In this document: positions 54,464 to 58,345 of the stretch, in pieces
Layout of the letters: each line of letters starts with the position of its first letter
Numbering within the stretch: position 1 is the stretch's first letter
IMG/VR virus record: IMGVR_UViG_3300003937_000384
Coordinates: 1 to 58,345 of that record
Source of the DNA: a virus
Taxonomy: Duplodnaviria > Caudoviricetes
DNA: 58,345 nucleotides
Strand: one strand, 5' to 3'
The notes under the pieces: model-generated
What the model saw: only the letters and a program-made list of their open reading frames with translations
Database searches by the model: none
Told to the model about the DNA's origin: nothing
Position numbers and translations under genes: made by a program

Positions 54464-55941
54464 CCATCGAGTTTGTGCCTCTGGACTTCGTATCGGTCCA
54501 AGGAACCGCGCGCAGCACGGTGATGCTTCGTGCGCGGGGCGTTGGTCCTGGTCTCGCGGGTAACGGTTCTGCCCAACTCAAGCTCGGCAGTGCTGGTGTC
54601 GCGCACGTTCGCTTCGGAGGTGGTGTCGATCCTGTTGTGCCAGCGCACGGCAGTGCGGCGCTGCTGCTGCGCGCTGAGGGCGTGGGATCCACTCACCTTG
54701 CGGGGGAGGGCGGCGTCTCGATCGAGCTCCGAGCCGCCGGCTTCCAGGCCACTCCTGGTCACGGCGGTGGCGCAGCGAAGCTGGCGCTGAACGCGCGTGG
54801 ACGCCAGCTCACGGGGCCGATGGCATTCGCCGGGCTGGAGGCGAATCCCCGCATGATCTCCGCTTTCGGCGGATTGTGGTTTGTCAGCCCGCGTGCGGCG
54901 ATCGCGGTGAGCCAGGTTCCATCAACACTGCCGACCCATGTTCTGAGCGAAGCAATCACTGTGGCTGCAGGACGCCGTAGCAGCCAGTCGAGCAAGAGCT
55001 CGGTCTCCGACGCGTTGAGCCTTGAGGAAGCAGCGGCGATCGTTTATCAGCTGCTGGTGGACGAAGGGGTCATGTTCGCACCTGCGCTGAAGGCGACGGT
55101 CTCAAAGCTGGAGCGCGTACTGGATAGGCTTCTGCTGCTTGGCGCCTGCCAGTCCTACGCCGACGCAGTCAATGCGATTGCCGGCGGCCTATGGTTCGGC
55201 GCCTTGACGGAAGCCCTGAAGTCCGAACGTGTGGTGGAAAGCCTGATCACCTCGGAGGTTGTCGGGACCCTGCAGAGGGCGGCCGATCGCCTGGCCGAGT
55301 CCATGTTGATTAATGCCGACACATTCGGATCTGGCACTGGCGTGGTGCTGGTCAACGAGCGCGCGCTGATTGCAACCGGTGAGGTCAGCGTAGCAGAGGC
55401 CTTGCAGCATCTGGGCGACAGCATTGGATTCGTGACGCGCCTTGCGCTGGATACCGGCGAGTACGTGGCATGGGTGCTGAACACAGAGAACCGCGCGCTG
55501 AGCCGGTACACGGACTATCCGTTCAACAGCTTCGCCAAGATCGGTGGCAGATACTACGGTGCGGCAGCCAACGGTCTGCATCGACTCGAAGGCAATGACG
55601 ACGATGGTGAACCGATTGCCGCTCGAATCAGGCTGGGGCTTTCTGCCTTGGGGACTCGCCGGCTCAAGCGCGTCCCAGAGGCTTTCGTCGGGTACACCAG
55701 TGATGGTGTCTTGCTTCTGCACGTGATCACGGTGAACGAGGAATCCGGTCAGAAAGAGGCCGCTATCTACAAGATCCTGGAACGCCCTGCGACCAGTACA
55801 CGCGAGACGCGCTGGAAGCTGGGGAAGGGGATCAAAGCGGTCGACTTCGATTTCATCATCGAGAACGTGGACGGCGCCGACTTCGATCTCGCGGCGATCG
55901 ATTTCAGGCCGATCTATCTCGAACGAAGGACGAGGGGGTAG
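54460..55941 (+). CDS. Tail-associated protein
   Basis: ATGA coupling; C-terminus WVLNT..SRYTDYPFNSF. Confidence 0.65.
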   Translation: MTIEFVPLDFVSVQGTARSTVMLRARGVGPGLAGNGSAQLKLGSAGVAHVRFGGGVDPVVPAHGSAALLLRAEGVGSTHLAGEGGVSIELRAAGFQATPGHGGGAAKLALNARGRQLTGPMAFAGLEANPRMISAFGGLWFVSPRAAIAVSQVPSTLPTHVLSEAITVAAGRRSSQSSKSSVSDALSLEEAAAIVYQLLVDEGVMFAPALKATVSKLERVLDRLLLLGACQSYADAVNAIAGGLWFGALTEALKSERVVESLITSEVVGTLQRAADRLAESMLINADTFGSGTGVVLVNERALIATGEVSVAEALQHLGDSIGFVTRLALDTGEYVAWVLNTENRALSRYTDYPFNSFAKIGGRYYGAAANGLHRLEGNDDDGEPIAARIRLGLSALGTRRLKRVPEAFVGYTSDGVLLLHVITVNEESGQKEAAIYKILERPATSTRETRWKLGKGIKAVDFDFIIENVDGADFDLAAIDFRPIYLERRTRG

Positions 55942-55943
55942 CT

Positions 55944-56279
55944 GTGGCAGGTCCTTGCTTCTGGCGTGACCTAAAGGGAGTAGTTCAGGAATGTGGCGAA
56001 GGCCCTGAGCCACAGACTCTCGAGTTCTACTTCAGAAATGGCTTCTTCTACGACTACCACAATCCCGATTTCATTGATGGAGCTATTGGGTTTCAGTGGG
56101 GGGGCGACTTCGAACTACGCATTGGCCCGCCGACCGGTCCAATGGTTGTGCCGATGGTTTTCGAAGCGGAGCAAGAGCGCTATGCCCCCGGGGAGAGCAT
56201 TGCCGGCGATGAGATTCCGGGCGTAGCCGTCCAGGGTAGCAATCAGTGGAACGTCCTCATTTTCATTCAGTGGACTTGA
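55944..56279 (+). CDS. Hypothetical protein (lower-GC insert)
   Basis: GTG start with GAGGGGG RBS. Confidence 0.55.
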   Translation: MAGPCFWRDLKGVVQECGEGPEPQTLEFYFRNGFFYDYHNPDFIDGAIGFQWGGDFELRIGPPTGPMVVPMVFEAEQERYAPGESIAGDEIPGVAVQGSNQWNVLIFIQWT

Positions 56280-56292
56280 TCGGAGAAACAAC

Positions 56293-58182
56293 ATGGCAAC
56301 TACCTGGTGTCCCGACCTATCGGCAGACGCTGCGATCACGCTCGTGGGCAGTGCCCACGACAAGTTCATGGATCTGGGGGCGCAAACGTACAGCCTGGCA
56401 ATAGCCAACCTCGAAGGGCTCAACAGCGTTCGGCTGGATCCAGTCGACTTCAACGTCGATTTTCGCTTCGCCGATCCCCAGGCAACCTTCCAGCGGCCGC
56501 GTCGTCCTGACCTGGATGAGGGTGCGCTGGAGTTTCGCGCACCAGATCTGCCACTGCCCAGCGCCCCGGGATTCACTGCCTCAGCGATCTCAATCAGCGA
56601 AGCGCCGGAGCTCGATGCTCAACCGCCTACGCTGGCTTTCGGGGCGAAGCCGACCACACCGAATGTGGCCGAACCGGTGCTGCCCGTGGATCCGGCGGAG
56701 ATCGTGCTGCCGCTGGAACCGACCTATGTACTGCCCCAGGTGCCGACGTTTGAGACGCTGAACCTGCCCGACGTCCCGAACATCTCGCTGCCTGAGTTCG
56801 ATGCGGAGAAGCCAATCTTCATCGAGCCGCCGTTCAATGACACCTGGCAGTTTGAGGCTACGCCGTATGTCGGCACGCTGGTGGAAACGCTCACAGCCAC
56901 GCTGAAGCCGATGATCATCGGTAGCCAGGCGCTGCCCAAGATCATTGAGGATGCGATCTTCCAGCGAGCCCGAAGCCGCATCGAGCTCGACACACAGCGG
57001 AACGTTGAGCAGGCTGTTTCGGAGTTCGGCGCTCGTGGCTTCGCTGAACCGCAGGGCATGCTGGCCGGTCGGATCCTTGAGATCCGCCAGACAGGTCAAG
57101 GGGCCGTCGCCGAGGCGTCCCGGGATACCGCGATCAAGCAGTTCGAAGAATCGCTGGCCAACCAGCGCATGGCGATTGCGCAGGGGGCCGCCCTCGAGGG
57201 GACGCTGGCACAGCTGCACACCGAAGAGCAGAAGGTGATGCTCCAGGCGGCTACGTTCCAGCGCGAGACCGTCATCGCAGTTCTGAACGCCCGGATCTCG
57301 GTGTTCAATGCCCGCCTGCAGGCCTACCAGACCGACGCCCAGGTGCTGCGTGATCGCATCCAGGCGGAGCTGGCCAAGGTCGAGGTGTTTCGGGCTCAGA
57401 TCGAAGGGGAACGGGCACGCGGCGAGATCAACGAGCAGCGTGTGCGCCTCTATGAGTCGCAGCTGCGTGGCGTTACCACTCTGGCCGACTTCTACCGCAC
57501 CCGTGTCGAGGCGGTGAAGGTCCAGGCCGACATCAACCGGTTCGGCATCGACAAGTACCGGGCCCAGGTCGATGCCTACGAGGCGCGCTGGCGCGCCCAC
57601 GTCGCCGAGTGGCAGGGCTACACGGCGAGCGTTGAGGGTGAGGGAAAGCGAGCGGATCTGTACCGCACGCTCGTCGATGCCAACGCCAAGCGCGTCGATG
57701 CCTGGGCAGCCAGCAACAACATGCAGTTTGAGGCTGAGCGCCTGCGCATGGCCCAGCATGGTGTGAACCTCGACGTGTGGCGCGCCGGCATCACTCGCTG
57801 GGATGCCACCCTGAGTAGCGAGCGCGCGCGCCTGGCAGCTGTCGGTCAGGCGTTCGACGCGAAGGCGCGAATCTACAGCGCCGACGCCGGGGTAGAACAG
57901 ACAGCCTCGGCCGCCGCCGATCGCAGTTTCGAGCTCGGCTTGGCACGGGAGAGAGCTTCCGTTGAGGCACAGCTGCAACACGCCCAGATGCGGATCCAAC
58001 AGATGCTCGGCCTGCTATCCCAGTCGGGCGAGATCCAGCGCGCGAAAGCGCAGATCTCCAGCCAGTTGGCCGCAAGCACGATGAGTGCCGTCAATTACGG
58101 GGCCAGCGTCTCCAGTGGCCGCAGCAAATCCAGTTCTTGCTCGCAGAACTTCAGCTTCCAAGGCGAGATCGCGGACGCCTGA
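56293..58182 (+). CDS. Virion protein, Pro-rich then coiled-coil (internal/ejection or tail protein)
   Basis: 629-aa ORF with GGAG RBS. Confidence 0.65.
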   Translation: MATTWCPDLSADAAITLVGSAHDKFMDLGAQTYSLAIANLEGLNSVRLDPVDFNVDFRFADPQATFQRPRRPDLDEGALEFRAPDLPLPSAPGFTASAISISEAPELDAQPPTLAFGAKPTTPNVAEPVLPVDPAEIVLPLEPTYVLPQVPTFETLNLPDVPNISLPEFDAEKPIFIEPPFNDTWQFEATPYVGTLVETLTATLKPMIIGSQALPKIIEDAIFQRARSRIELDTQRNVEQAVSEFGARGFAEPQGMLAGRILEIRQTGQGAVAEASRDTAIKQFEESLANQRMAIAQGAALEGTLAQLHTEEQKVMLQAATFQRETVIAVLNARISVFNARLQAYQTDAQVLRDRIQAELAKVEVFRAQIEGERARGEINEQRVRLYESQLRGVTTLADFYRTRVEAVKVQADINRFGIDKYRAQVDAYEARWRAHVAEWQGYTASVEGEGKRADLYRTLVDANAKRVDAWAASNNMQFEAERLRMAQHGVNLDVWRAGITRWDATLSSERARLAAVGQAFDAKARIYSADAGVEQTASAAADRSFELGLARERASVEAQLQHAQMRIQQMLGLLSQSGEIQRAKAQISSQLAASTMSAVNYGASVSSGRSKSSSCSQNFSFQGEIADA

Positions 58183-58210
58183 TCCGCCTCAACTTCATAA
58201 GGGGAATCGC

Positions 58211-58345
58211 ATGGCCATCAACGATCGAGACGAACTGAACCCCGTCGGCGCCGCGCCCGGGCAGCCCCGCATTGCCGCCCGACCGAGTCCCGGCACGGCC
58301 TTCGGCTCGGCGCTGCGCAGCGGTGTCGCCGGCACAGCCACGATG
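58211..58345 (+). CDS. Partial CDS running off the window end
   Basis: AAGGGG RBS; MAINDRDELNP.. Confidence 0.6.
   Translation, partial: MAINDRDELNPVGAAPGQPRIAARPSPGTAFGSALRSGVAGTATM

Larger units (their letters stand above)
13162..58345. mobile_element. Temperate prophage, podovirus-like (F116/933W-like gene content); right end outside the window, left boundary inferred
   Basis: int/xis, cI/cro, replication, lysis, terminase, portal and capsid modules; no tape-measure or sheath gene seen within the window. Confidence 0.9.

Noticed and set aside
38554-57999. Very long minus-strand ORFs (e.g. 38554..41280, 42185..44809, 45670..46776, 50917..52554, 56590..57999)
   Set aside because: Antisense shadows of GC-rich, codon-biased structural genes; no independent motifs.

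Overview
This GC-rich window looks Xanthomonadaceae-like, possibly Stenotrophomonas (inferred from the tmRNA sequence and its tag ANDDNYALAA). It is centred on a minus-strand tmRNA gene (ssrA, 12808-13161) with mobile DNA on both sides. Left: a ~12.5 kb integrative mobilizable element (IME) inserted at the ssrA 3' end. It is bounded by a 19-bp att repeat (318-336 / 12806-12824) and carries a tyrosine integrase, a MOBQ relaxase with oriT, a TraD/MobS-like accessory gene, a type IV pilin-adhesin fusion, an SF2 helicase plus small Zn-finger gene, and a secreted JAB-like protein. A dead P4-type integrase stub lies beyond it. Two non-coding signals in this IME are absent from the ORF track. (i) A solitary type I-F CRISPR repeat (1103-1130) has its own sigma70 promoter and terminator, sits inside a 34-bp direct-repeat-bounded cassette, and has no cas genes in the window; it is a candidate RNA anti-CRISPR or crRNA mimic. 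(ii) A ~700-nt gap without a convincing ORF (~5470-6240) is packed with nested helices and is a candidate large structured ncRNA. Right: a HipA-like kinase / DUF3037-like / HEPN-like three-gene cassette, then a temperate podovirus-like prophage that runs off the window end. The prophage includes integrase/xis, RdgC, cI/cro with operators, O/P-like replication with iterons, a Q-like gene, tRNA-Met, lysis genes, a fibre module, terminase, portal, an N4-gp56-type capsid and tail genes. All family calls are from motif recognition by eye; no database searches were run.
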